From assembly GCA_036785375.1 (NCBI GenBank), contig JAWMAR010000206.1, forward strand, positions 4,154,001-4,218,000: a stretch of DNA of 64,000 bases, in the 5' to 3' direction. The DNA is from Leucoraja ocellata. Its lineage: Eukaryota. Of this stretch, positions 12,823 to 25,211 are shown one piece after another (the stretch's first letter is position 1; every line of letters starts with the position of its first letter). Under the pieces are notes generated by a model. That model was given only the letters and a program-made list of their open reading frames with translations. It made no database searches and had not been told where the DNA came from. Both the position numbers and the translations under genes were made by a program.

Positions 12823-14099
12823 CTGAAATTTCAGAATTTCAAACTTGCGACATCACATCTTTGCTCAGCTTTTTTTGTTGGTTTATATTCTTTCGGTATT
12901 AACACTAAATTGTGCCAACCTGGCCAATCAGTAATCATTTACGTCTTCTCCCTGTCTGGTACTTGTCTGAGAAATGTGTTGCTGACGAAGAACATTTCTG
13001 GTTTGCAAGCATTAGTTATTCATCAGTCAATCAAAGACAAATGGGAAATCTTCATAATTCATGAATTAAACGTCTGCAATTTTACAGCTCTGTGCCAAAG
13101 TTAGTTAACGGAACAGTGGGTATAATCATGAATAATTATTTCACCTGCATTTTCTTCTGTTTCCATTGTCTATATTGGTTGCAATGTAAATTGTCCAGTC
13201 AGAGCTTCCAAAATCCTACAGTAATTGAATCAGCTACAGAATGTTGTGAAACAATGAGTAGTGAAGAAATATGAATGATATTTTGATAATATACTTCAAA
13301 ACCAACTTGATTACGATCGTTGTTTAGCATCAAAATAGCTTTGCAATTAGAATAAATAATGTACTGTATTACTCTGGCAAAATACATTCCTGACTGCACA
13401 GTGAATTTGTCATTTTGCTGGAACTAGATAATGAATCTTTTCCACATGTTGTTACCAATTCGCATATATTGCATTATGACAAAATTCATCATTAATTGAT
13501 AGTTATGGTTTTTGAATATAGTTGCCTCCTGACTAAACATGACAGATAAATTACTGAAAAGCTTTCACTCTCAAGCATAGAATATAAAGTGAATAGACCT
13601 ATATATTTCTATGCCCTACTATTAAAATGACTGAATATTCAATATATTATTATATATACAATACATTCAATACATATTCAAACCATTAGTAGGGAAATTC
13701 TTAAATATGTTGCTGAATATTTCTGCTTTGAAATGACGGACCTTATAAATTGTAATAATCTGTGTTGACAAAATGTCATTAAGTGCGCAGGATTTTCACT
13801 GTTCAACATTTCTAGGAATAGGGAGACAGTCATTTGCTCCAGAATCTCAACTGGAACTTATTCCATTTGGCTGCAGAGAAGATGATTCATAACATTTCAT
13901 GTGCTTTTCCAATTGGATTGTTAGGGGTGAGAAAGAGGCATTAAGCACACAAATGCTATTTAAGACACGTTAGGTCACCACTCTTCACGGTTTGCCTTCG
14001 GCTGGAGTGTCTTAGGAGCATCCAGAAAGTAAGAGGCCTTCTCAAAGGCAGGGCAAGCAAGAGTAAGAAAGGGCAAGCAAGAGTAAGAAAGTAGGAAAT

Positions 14100-14186
14100 T
14101 AGTCTGAAGACCCGAAACGTTGCCTATTTCCTTCGCTCCATAGATGCTGTCTCACCCGCTGAGTTTCTCCAGCATTTTTGTCTACC
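14100..14186 (+). mobile_element. Penelope terminal repeat fragment
   Basis: ctgaaga..cccgaaacgttgcc...gatgctg..cccgctgagtt.ctccagcattttt, flanked by repeated caagagtaag. Confidence 0.7.
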
Positions 14187-14209
14187 AAGAGTAAGGAACC
14201 CTGGTGAAT

Positions 14210-14885
14210 TAGATAAATTGAGGTCCAGGTTAGGAAAACGAAGTAAGCATAGGTCAGGTATAGGCAGCTGGGTTCAAATATATCCTGGGAGAGTACAGGG
14301 GATTGAAGAGCATACCAAGGAAGGAAATCAGGAGGGCAAACATGGACCTTAAGATAGCTCTAGCAAATAGGATTAAGGAGAATTCAAGAGATGATGTAAG
14401 TGTTGAGGGAATATGGTCACAAGGGGGAAAATAGGGTCCTGCAGAAGCTAAACTGATTATCTATGAGTGAAAAGGCAGAGGAAAGACAAGGTCCTCAATG
14501 AATATTTATCTTCTGTTATTATTGACCTGGTATAAAATCATGATGGCCAAACTTAGGTTGAATGGACAGGGTCTTTTATCCAGGATAGGGAAATGAAGAA
14601 CTCGGGTGCATAGGTTTAAGTTGAGAGGGGTAAGATTTAATAGGAGACTGAGAGGTAATTTTATTTTTTCACAGAGAGTGGTGGGTATATGGAATAAACT
14701 GCCAGTGAAAGGAATTGAGGCTGGTCCAATAACAATGAATTAAATACATTTAGACAGGTACATGGATAACAAAGGTTCAGAATACTATGAGCCAAACATG
14801 GGGAGATTGGACGTGTTTTGATGGGGCAGTTTGATTGGCATGGACGACCTGGGTTGAGTGGCTTGTGTCCATGCTCTATGCCCTC
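14210..14885 (+). mobile_element. Old CR1 fragments
   Basis: Degenerate ORF2 pieces and 3'UTR (cacagagagtggtgggtatatggaa..ctgcc). Confidence 0.7.
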
Positions 14886-15540
14886 AATGAAGAGTCCAAA
14901 CATAGTCAACAGAGATAAACTGTCCCCATTGTTTGGAAGGGTGATAAACCGGTGCCTGTGTTATGAAGATGTTCAATAAAGGAATCAAAAGTACATTAGA
15001 TAAAACATTTTAAGTTTATGCAGCAAGTGATTAGAAACTCATATGCAAACCAGAATAGAAATGTAGGTATATTCAAAAAAATATAATTCAAAGGAAACTG
15101 AATTGTGTAAAGTTCCATTTTAGGAATAACTGAAGCAATCAAAACACAAGTTTATGTTCTTGGAGATCAAATTAAAATTTAAACCTTTTAAAGTAGTGCT
15201 TTTGGTTGATCCTTGGAAAAAGATAAACACCTCAGCAATGCACTTTCCTGTGATATTTTTCTGGGGATGAATATATAAATCCTCTTTTTATTCTTCCCAG
15301 CTACTTTCATAACATAACTACTGTCTCTATTTTTGGCAAAAGTGTGTCAGTGAAAGGGGTTAAAAACATTTGTGTTATGGTTGTCTTGTGTCAATAACTA
15401 ACAAAGTGTGCATGTTGTAATCCGCAGGGATTTGTTAGCAGTGTTATGTGAGTGAGGCTTTGGTAAAGCATACCATCCCTGCTATTGTTGGTTCTTACAG
15501 ATTGCCTGTGGATGGTTGATCTATTGAAATGTGCAGTGTT

Positions 15541-16636
15541 CAGTTTAGTTTAGTTTTAGTTCAGAGATACAGCACGGAAACAGGTCCTTTGGCCCACTGC
15601 GCCAACCAGCGATCCCCGCGCACTAAAGGGGCTGTCCCACTTGGGCAACCTAATCTGCGAGTTTAGAAGAGTGTCTTCAACGTTCAAACTCGCAGCATGG
15701 TCGACACGTGGTCCTAGGAGGTCCTATGTGGTCGTTGGAACTCTCCTTCATGCTCGAGGGAAGTTCCCGAAAACTCGTGGCCTCAGCTAGGTTGCGTAAA
15801 ATGTTTCAGCATGTTGAAAAATTTTCCGCGAGTAAAATTTGGTCGGCATGGGTCTTTTTAACTCGTAGTGCTGTGGAGTGGGATTGCTATTTTGTTACAG
15901 GCAGCCGAGGGCAGCCGTAGTCAATCTCCTTCGCTGACCGGGCATTTTGATTGGTTCATTGGAGTTTTCAGGACCAAGGAAGACCCGCTAAATACCCGCT
16001 AAACTTTATTATACTTCTTAAAAGTGTCTCCACTTCTTCTCCCCCCTTCTCCCCCCCCCTTCTCTCCCCTTTTCTCCCCTTCTCTCTCCTTCTCTCCCCC
16101 TCTCTCCCCTTCTAACCCTTTCTCACCCCCCCCCCCCCCCCCCCCCTCCACGCTTTCTAAAGGACTTACTGTTACTGTGCAGCTGTTTTACTTTCTTCTT
16201 CATCATGGGTGTGAATTTCAGACAGCGCTCCCCTGCTTTCCCTGGCCCCTGCCTTTGCGATGTGTTTGTGTGCGTGTGTATGCGGTCAGTCGATCCAGCT
16301 CTCGGTTTCAACGTGGACGGTCGATCCAGCTCGAGGCTTTCCAGGCGAGCGCCCTCGAGCTTGAAGGTCGAAGACAGTCTTCTGGACTTGCGGATTAGGT
16401 CGCCCAAATGGGACAGCCCCTTAACATTATCCTACACATACTAGGGACAATTTACAATTATACCAAGCCAATTGGCCCACAAACCTGTACGTCTTTGGAG
16501 TGTGGGAGAATACTGGAGATCCAGGAAAAACCCACATAGGTCATGGGGAGAACGTACAAAACTCCTTACAGACAAGCATTCATAGTCGGGATCGATTCCG
16601 GGTCTCTGGCACTGTAAGGCAGCAAATCTACTGCCC
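15541..16636 (-). mobile_element. SINE interrupted by a Harbinger MITE
   Basis: SINE parts 15541-15626 and 16422-16636 join at TAA. Confidence 0.85.
15627..16421. mobile_element. PIF/Harbinger-type non-autonomous DNA transposon
   Basis: ~65-bp imperfect TIRs (aggggctgtcccacttgggcaacctaatc.. / ..gattaggtcgcccaaatgggacagcccct) and TAA TSD at 15624-15626 and 16422-16424. Confidence 0.9.
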
Positions 16637-17297
16637 TTGGTGGAAGAGACTGTTTGGTACATTTAGAAAATAGATAAATAAACACTTAATCAGTTTGACA
16701 ACTTTAGTGTGATCATTAAACATGGTGAGTAGTTGCTTTCTTATTGGCCCATTAAGCTGTAGGCAGCTAACATATTGTTCCTGTGACCCCGTGGGTATCC
16801 GACTGGTGCTCTGGTTTCTTCCTGCATCCTAAAGGCTGGTAGGTTAATTAGCTGCTGTAAATTTCCCTTGGAGAATGTACGTCGTAGAATATGGATTGCT
16901 CGGACTTGGGAGAGCAGGTCACAGGGAAAACTATTGGAGAAATCTATGAGCTAGCATCAGGTTGATGGGGCTGAATGGCATCCTTCTATGGCAGAAGCCA
17001 ATATAGTAAAAATCACCAACACTGCATTCATTCTCAATAGCAACCATCCTGACATTCCTCACCTCTGCCTCTTAAGTGAAAACAATGCCAAGCTTCCGTC
17101 ACTCGGCAATGTTGTTGGAAATCCTGGTACTTTTTATTGACTTCCATGTTCAAATCAGCCTTTTCAGAGTCAATTTAAAAATCTCAGCTTCATGTTTTGA
17201 AATCACTTCCATGACTGTCTCTTTGCGTGTTGTTTCTTACAAATATTGGTTTCCTCCATCTTCATTTCTGTATGATTTGATTTCTGACATTTTCTTT

Positions 17298-17410
17298 GTC
17301 TGAAGAAGGCTCCAGACCCGAAAGGTCACCTATCCATGTTCACCAAAGATACTGTTACTCCAGTATTTTGTGTTTTTTCTTTGGTAAACCAGCATCCGCT
17401 GTTCCTTGTT
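17298..17410 (+). mobile_element. Penelope terminal repeat fragment
   Basis: ctgaagaaggctccagacccgaaaggtcacc...aaaccagcatc..gttcctt. Confidence 0.7.
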
Positions 17411-17411
17411 A

Positions 17412-17900
17412 CTACTCCGATCGTTGGCCCGCGAACTATAACATCCTGAATTTGCGGAGCTTCTAGCTGCGGGCGCGGCGTGGACTTTCTATCGCGGAGT
17501 CTGGGATCCCTCGCCAGGGATCGCCAGAGGAGAGCTCCGACCACTGGCCTGCAGCCTATAACATTGTGAAGCCGTGGTCTCCGGTAGGAAGCAACCAATT
17601 CGGGACCTCCATCCCGACGTTGGAGTTTCGAGCATCCCAACGAGAGGGCCTGTACATCGGACCGTTCGTAGCGGCGACTGCGGATGGTTCATGGCCCCGA
17701 CCAGAGCTGAATAAAGGAGGAGGACTGACTGGACGTTATTGCCTTCCACCACAGTGAAGAATGTTGATTCCACTGTGGTGGATGTTCAAGTTATATGCTA
17801 TTGTGTATTGTGCTCTTTTTCATTGTGTGGCTGCAAGGTAAATCAAATTCCACTGCACCTTAATTGATGCATGTGGCAAATAAATGTGAACTTGAACTAA
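17412..17900 (+). mobile_element. CpG-rich retroposon, 3' part
   Basis: Similar to 49850-50290; LINE-like tail ending aataaatgtgaacttgaact. Confidence 0.65.
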
Positions 17901-19299
17901 GTTACAATCTCATCTGCCCTATGGATATGGGACATCTCTCCATCTTTCCGTCTCACATCTTCGCTCGATATGGAAAATTGATTTGTATTTTTTCTGGCAG
18001 GTTCCTCAAAATTTCATAGCAATAAACATTTCCACAACTGCTTGCATGCGCGGGTTGCCTCCTCTTTAATAGAAGTGGATAGTCTTTAAACAGCACAAAG
18101 ATGGTGTTGTACGCAGTCACTGAACATTATGGATAACGTGAGCTGCATGCAGAATCTCTTAAAGGATTAGGAAGTGCAAATCCACCATGCTGCTTGCAAT
18201 ACAGTGGATAAGCACAAGTCTTAGCTAAGTTCTTCCCCATTAACCTTATTTGTAGCCTGTCTTGCAGTGAAATGGCTCAATAAAAAAATAATGTTCCATC
18301 CAGTTAGAGTCAATAAAATAAGAGGCTCAATCAGTTAGAGTGTCTCTTGATTCTTGATTTCACTTCTGTTTCTCAGACTTCAGCAATGCAGTTAAATCTC
18401 GATTAAATTGATATGAATAGGCATCTCCGGTTCGCTTTCTTCTGCGCAAGCAATGGTAAGTATGCTTGGTTTTATTTCCACTGCACCAGTTCTCCATGCT
18501 AATGTTCAAAGATCATTTTGGTTTCATTATATGCACTCTTCTAGGCAGCTCATTCTTTAATGTTTCTCTGTTAGCTTCCTTAACTTGGCATTGTGTTCAG
18601 TTTTGTTGGAATTTCTGTTTGACTTCCATGTTCCAATCAGCCTTTGGAGCTAATCGGTTTCTAAACACTCCAATTTCAAAGGTGATTTAGAAATCTCAGT
18701 TTCAACTTTTGAAATAGTTTCCCCAAGTTTGCCTTGTGTTTTGTTTCTTACAAATATTGTCTTTCTCCATCTTCATTTCTGTATGATTTGATTTCTGACA
18801 TTTTCTACCAATCAATCTATTGAATTGTGCTGCTCATATTGTATCGTACCCTTTCTTCTGTGACATTGTCATTATTTTATGTTACCTGTCATTTTCATTC
18901 CTCTGTTAATGTAATTGCAATTTTGGAGCTACTGTTTTTTTTTGATCAGTTACCATTCCCAAATTGCATTTAGGAACATTGATTAGATTGATTAGATCCT
19001 TTAATAATCCTTTACAGGAAATTACAGTGCCTCTCTTGAGTGTCTTTGCCAAGTTAGCTTTATATCAATGTGTCTTTGATTCAATTGGTCTATGTTTTTT
19101 TGTGTCATTTATTTTATACTTAGCCACCTTCATCTTTTTCTTTCCTTGGAACCTTCTTTGAACCATTGTGACTAATATGGATCTACTGATGGTTTTAATT
19201 GGGGTCCTGAAGCATGTTGATTCCAACTTATATGAACGAAATTGTGCAGAAGTAAATTCAGTGACTTGATATGGAAGTTCAATGGAGCAAAAAGGAGGG

Positions 19300-19680
19300 T
19301 GTCCTCCCCCCCCCCCACCCCTCTTTTAAAGGACTAACAGTACATGCCCTTAATTACAGCGCCAACCTTCCTGTTCATTGAGGTGTGTGTCTGTATCACC
19401 TCGGCTTTGCACCGTGTGAATTTCAGACAGCGCTCCCCCCGCTTGCTCTGTCTACGGAGCAGTCTACACAGAGTTTGTATGTTTTCCCTGTAACCGTGTG
19501 GGTTTTCCCCGCGTGCTCTAGTTTCCTCCCACATTCCAAAGACGAGCAGGTTTTTAGGTTGATTGGCTTCTGTAAATGATCCCAAGTGTTTAGGATAGAA
19601 CTAGTGTTTGGGTGATTGCTGGTCAACGTGGACTCAGTGGGCCAAAGGGCGTGTTTCCATGCTGTATCTCTAAACTAAAC
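19300..19680 (+). mobile_element. Harbinger-family internal fragment (~19300-19450) abutting a SINE 3' part (~19455-19680)
   Basis: gtgtgaatttcagacagcgctcccc is shared with ~16210-16232 and, reversed, with ~21690-21780. Confidence 0.65.
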
Positions 19681-20254
19681 TTGCAGTTCCTATTTTGGCA
19701 AACATAAAAGGCAGAGCAGGCACTTGATTAATTCCTGAAGGATTTATTTCCTTCATTATATAGACATTTATATCTACTCACAAGTACATTTTGTGGAGGG
19801 ATCTTATAGAGAAAATTGCATTTTTTAAATGGTTGTTAGTAAATCCTACAATTTTTAAAATAGATCCTAACCAGTAAGATATTTTTCACATAACCAGTGA
19901 TTGTCAAAGATCTTATTGAGACTTTCACAGAAATCAAAACATCAGCAAAGAGTCTCTCCGTGATAGCAGTACTAATTTTCTCTGATGGAGGCACAGATTA
20001 GAAATTCAGTATGAAAGAAATTGCAAATATGTTCACATTTATTGGAAGAAATAAATATTCATGGTGTATGAATGAGCACAAAATATTAGGTGTTGGTGTT
20101 AATTTGCAGGCTTTTTTTATTTGTATCATAATAATTAGACTTCATAAGAATTCTCTATCTCTATCTTATACTTCATAATACTTCATAAGAACATAGAAAA
20201 CAGTAGCATGTCGGACATTAAGCCGCTTGTCCAGGGCTCCTCCATTCGATAGGA

Positions 20255-21040
20255 TTAATTAGTTAGTTGTTTTATTGTCAAGCGCACCAAGTGACAAAGA
20301 AAAGCTTTTTGTTGCGTGCTCTCCAGGCAGCGGAAAGTCTACACATAATTACAAAACACATAAATTACAATTGAGCCATCCATAGTTTACCAATACATGA
20401 AGAAGGGAATAATGTTTAGTGCAAGATAAAGTCCAGTAAAGTACGATTAAAAATAGTCTGAAAGTCTCCAATGAGGTAGATAGTAGCTCAGAACTGCTCT
20501 GTAGTTGTTGATAGGATGATTCAGTTGCCTGATAACAGTTTGGAATAAACTGTCCCTGAATCTGGAGGTGTGCATTTTCAAACTTCTGTAGCTCTTGCCT
20601 AATGGGAGTGGTGAGAAGAGGGAGTGATTGGGGTGAGACTTGTCCTTGATTATGCTGGTGGCCTTTGTGAGGCAGTGGAGGTGTGGATGGACTCAATGGT
20701 GAAGAAAGGTCTCGACCTGAAACTTCACACATTCCTTCTCTCCAGTGATGCTGGCTGTTCAGCTGAGTTACTCCAGCTTTTTGTGTCTATTAATGGATGG
20801 AAGGTTGGTTTGTGTGATGGTCTGGGCTGCATCCACAATTCTCTGCAAATTCCTGCGGTCGTGGATGGGGCTGTTCCCAAACCATGCTGTGGTGCATCCC
20901 GATAGAATGCTTTCTAAGCCGCATCTGTAGAAGTTGGTGAGAGTTGTTGGGAACAGGTCAAACTTCCTATGCTTCTAAGGAAGTAGGGATATTGGTGTGC
21001 TTTCTTGGCCACTGCTTTGATATGGATAGTCTAGGGCAAG
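20255..21040 (-). mobile_element. Rex1/Babar-like LINE 3' fragment with a Penelope fragment at ~20700-20790
   Basis: Minus-strand C-terminal motifs (AWFGNS..., FIPN..RQLN). Confidence 0.75.
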
Positions 21041-21166
21041 ATGATTGAATCAAAGAGAAATACGGCAAAAAATAGGTCCTTCAGTCCACCGCAATCATCA
21101 ACGACCCATTTAGACGAATTTCTCTTTTTTTAATTATTATTTTCACATTGCCATCGACTCCTGCAG

Positions 21167-22385
21167 ATTCAAGGTTTCAAGGTTTCAAGGTCAGTTTATT
21201 GTCACATTTACCAATTAAGGTACAGTGAAATTTGAGTTGCCACGGCTTGGAGCTCCCGAATCTGTCTCTAACCAAGGACAGCAGGCTCCATGATGTTAAA
21301 GTCCACAGGCCCGCGGTTGGAGTTCTCCAGAGTCGAGCCCCAGCAAGGGGATCGCAAGCTCCACGATGGTAAGTCCGCGCCGCGCTTGCGGTTCAAGCGC
21401 TGGGTTGGTCTCCAGGAAAGGCAGCACCACTCCACGATGTTAGGTCACATACAGAAAAAAATTGCTTCGCTGTCGAGGTAAGAGATTGAAGAAAGTTTCC
21501 AACAGCCCTCCACTCTCTACATAAATCAAACCAAGGAACAGTAATGGTCCAGTCGCACTTAGGCGATTTTTCAGCGGACTGCCAGCGACTGTCAAGTTGC
21601 CGGCAATCGCCTGAAAAACTGGCAACTGGAATGGCGACTGTCAGAGTGGAGCACACACACACACAAACACATCTCAAAGGCGGGGGCCAGGGCAAGTGTC
21701 TGAAATTCACACGGTGCAAAGCCAAGGTGATACAGCCACACACGGCGATGTACAGGAGGGTTGGCGCTGTAATTAAGACGGCTAAAGCACAGTGTACGTT
21801 AAGAGGGAGGGGGAGAAGGGAGGAGAAGGAGGGAGAAGGAGTGGAGACAACTGTTAAGGAACCAGACAACATTTAAGAAGCCAGAGATACACGGTTGTGA
21901 AGCTCGGCGGACATTTAACATTACCGGTCGGTTATCCGTGGTTCTCAAGACTACTGCTTACTTTTTTTCCCCCAATGAGCCAATGAAATTCACCGGTCAG
22001 CACCGGCTACAACCTACGAGAACCTAAGAGAACCTTCAACCTACTGGCAACCCACTAGGACCTCCTGGCGACCCACCTACGGCTCGAGAATTCTCTCTAC
22101 TCCCCATGGCGGCTTCATTCTAGTCGCCGCTAATATTTCAACACGTTGAAAAATTCTCAGCGACCATAATGAGGCCGCGACTAGTTCCCAGAATGCGGGA
22201 ACTACTTACAACCGTGAAGGCGACTCCAGGGTGACTATGTGGCGACTGCAAAGTCTCCTGCAATCGCCTAAAAAGTCGCCTAAGAGGGACAGGCCCATAA
22301 AACATACACTTTAACACGTACTTAAAATAACAAAAACAGACGAAAGAACAGACAGACTGTCGGTGAGGCAGCCACTTCTGATTCC
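21167..22385 (-). mobile_element. CpG-rich retroposon copy interrupted by a Harbinger MITE
   Basis: (ttcaaggt)n tail, gctccacgatg repeats and acagacagactgtcggtgaggcagcca head, as at 6258-6775. Confidence 0.7.
21545..22297. mobile_element. PIF/Harbinger-type non-autonomous DNA transposon
   Basis: Imperfect TIRs tggtccagtcgcacttaggcgatttt / aaaagtcgcctaagagggacaggccca, TAA TSD at 21542-21544 and 22298-22300. The interior is homologous, in reverse, to 15627-16421. Confidence 0.85.
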
Positions 22386-22404
22386 GATCCATTCTGATTC
22401 TCAT

Positions 22405-22800
22405 CTGCACACTAGTGGCCAATTAAACATCTAATTTGTGCATCCTTGGGATATGGGAGAAGGAGGAGCATAAGTAGGAGAAGGAGGATATTTTTAAGGC
22501 AGAGATAGATAATTTCTTGATTAGTACAGGTGTCAGGGGTTATGGGGAGAAGTCAGGAGAATGGGTTTAGGATAGAGAGACAGATCTGTCATGATTGAAT
22601 GGCGTAGTAGGCTTAATAGGCCAGAAGGCCTAATTCTGCTCCTATCACCTATGCTTTCTTGATTTATGAGCTCCTGTGGAAAACCCACAAGGTCACAGGG
22701 ACAAGGTGTAAACTTCACACAGACAGTGCCCGAGGTTCGGGATGGAACCCAGGTTGCTGGAGCTGTGAGTCGGTGAATCTACCTGCTGCACCACTATCCC
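22405..22800 (-). mobile_element. Old SINE interrupted by a CR1 3' fragment (+, ~22485-22655)
   Basis: SINE motifs flank the CR1 3'UTR. Confidence 0.6.
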
Positions 22801-23399
22801 CTACATGATTGATCTTTTATTTCAACATCACTTCTCTCCATCAGCACATCGCTTTATTCTCTTAATATCCAAAACATCATTGATCTCTGTTTTAAATATG
22901 CTCAACAATTTAGCCTCTCAGTCGCATGGACAGAGAATTCTAAAAATTCTCCTTGCAGTGCATGATAAATTTCTTCTCATTTTATTCCCAAATAGCCTAC
23001 CCTTTCCCATTCCAAGAGTGTGTGTATAGATATATTGTGAATTAAATTGGTGGACACTGTCCTGGTGCCTTCCATAGGGAAATGTTCTACTATTATATAT
23101 TTGCCAGGCCCATGGAGTGGTCATAGTCAAGGTCAAGTTTCCCATGAAACCATAATAAGTGCTCTATCATAAGACATTGGAGCAGAATTAGACGACTTGG
23201 CCCATCGAGTCTATGCCGCAAAATATGTATTTGCAGAGCAGATCTCACGTCACTCTTGAGGCATCTTGAAACAAATGGGGTGGGTCAAACTGAATTGAGT
23301 TACTTATATTTTCCTGCCATCTCTGGGACCGCCTTGAGCTTCTCATGGAGTCAGTCCCACATTATAATGATAGAGTGTCTGGCAGAGTGTCCCATGGTT

Positions 23400-24115
23400 T
23401 AGAACAGAGAACATAGAACATTACAGCACAGGAACAGGCCCTTCAGCCCACAACGTCTGTGCCGAACATGAGGCCAAGATATCCTTCCAATCTCTGCATA
23501 GCCATATGCTACAAGTCTCTTAAATGCCACTATCATATCTGTCTCCACCATACCTAGAAGCACATTTCAGGCATCGATCACCTTCTATGTAAAAAAACTG
23601 GCCCCACGTAAACATTTCTCCTCTAACCGTACAGCTATGCCCACTAGGCTTTTGACATTTCCACCCTGGGAAAAAAATGATATGCCTAACTATGCCTCTC
23701 ATCATTTTATACTTGTATTAGGCTCAATAAAGACAAACAGAACTTGTTGTCTGAAAGCTGGTAAAGCCTGATCATTAATTACAAATGGACTGGTCTCCCA
23801 CCAGAGCTACCATATGTCAAGTCAAGAGTATTTTATTGTCGTATGTCTCAAACAGAATAATGAAATTCTTACTGGCAGCAGCACAAAATAATATGTAAAC
23901 ATAATACTATGTAAACAATATAATAAATGAAAAAGTTATATATATATATATATATGCATACATACACATAAAAACAAACAAATAAACAATAATAGTGCAA
24001 AAAATAAAAAAACAATTCCCCCAAGTCTATGTAGTTCAGAGCTAATTTGGAGGCTGTAGTGTTTAATAGCCCAGTGGCTGTAGGGAAGAAGCTGTTCCTG
24101 AACCTGGATGTTACA
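23400..24115 (-). mobile_element. CR1 3' fragment (~23400-23720) and Rex1-like 3' tail (~23815-24115)
   Basis: (agaac)n tail; SRFRNSFFPTATGLLN C-terminus with a (tcaag)n tail. Confidence 0.75.
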
Positions 24116-25211
24116 GGAAGATGGTCATCCAAACCTCTCAATCTGAAAAAATAAACTTTTTCCATAATCTCCATTTGAAAAGGATGGACCATATTTCTGG
24201 TAAGGAGAACACGCATGGTCACGGGTTTTATGTTGGTGCAGTTCATGACAATCAAGGTGTCAGTCGTATTTGTACTGCAAATCGTGAAATGAATTATGCG
24301 TGTGGACATTTGTTAAATATATTAGTAGTACAGTATTGAGAATTCATTCAAGAATCTATAGTTATAATGTATTTATGAGCTTTTAAGATAAATGAAGTAT
24401 AACATGACGACATACATTATTTACTTATTGTAAGAGTGAAGGAACCATGAACAAGTTTCCACATAAACATTTACAGTATATATACGACAAGCTAATCGTG
24501 AGGCATTCTTAATCATTCAAACTCACAAACATATGGGTATAATAAGAGATTTATCCATTATAAACACCACATATTGCCTTTCTGTTCATGTACATATATA
24601 TTTTGTTTTTTCAGCTACCACAACATATTTAATATTTTTGTTAACATTTACCTATTGAAGAAGAAAAATTGGATTCCTGCCAAGCTTTAATACATTTTCA
24701 CAGCACAAATTTTGTGAATTATGTTGTATAGTTGTGCTTCAATGTGTTATTCACAATTAGCCGTTTCGACTTCACATTTGCAGCTTAAATAAATAGCATA
24801 CTTAAGTTGTTTTATTTTATAATTGCGTACAACAACAAATGTCTGAAAGGTGAATTTATAACTCTGAATACATTTCTGTTGTCTTGAGGTGTGAATCATG
24901 CAAACATTTTTGCTTTACTGCCAACTTTGGAAGAGATGTGCAGTCTAAGAGCCAGAAGCTATATCATGTCAGTATCTGGGAAATTCACTTTTGTTCCTGC
25001 TTTCAATCAGAAACTCATGTTCCAAGACTCCAGCTGGCGATATAACACAAATCAAAGATCACCATTCAGATGCCTTTGCTGTTAGAGCCACAGTAGCTAA
25101 CTAAATTGGTTGCATTTTCTCTGGAAGCATTTAAATGTGTGTTGAACAACAACATTGAAAAGAGATTGGGATATGGGGGAACAATGACACAACAAACAAA
25201 ACAAATATTAT

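Noticed and set aside
16024-16398. Proline/serine-rich ORF (also 10786-11064)
   Set aside because: Translation of low-complexity tracts inside repeats.
18377-18455. Strong acceptor/donor pair (ttctgtttctcag ... ATG|gtaagt)
   Set aside because: Stops in all three frames; at most a non-coding exon, unsupported without RNA data.
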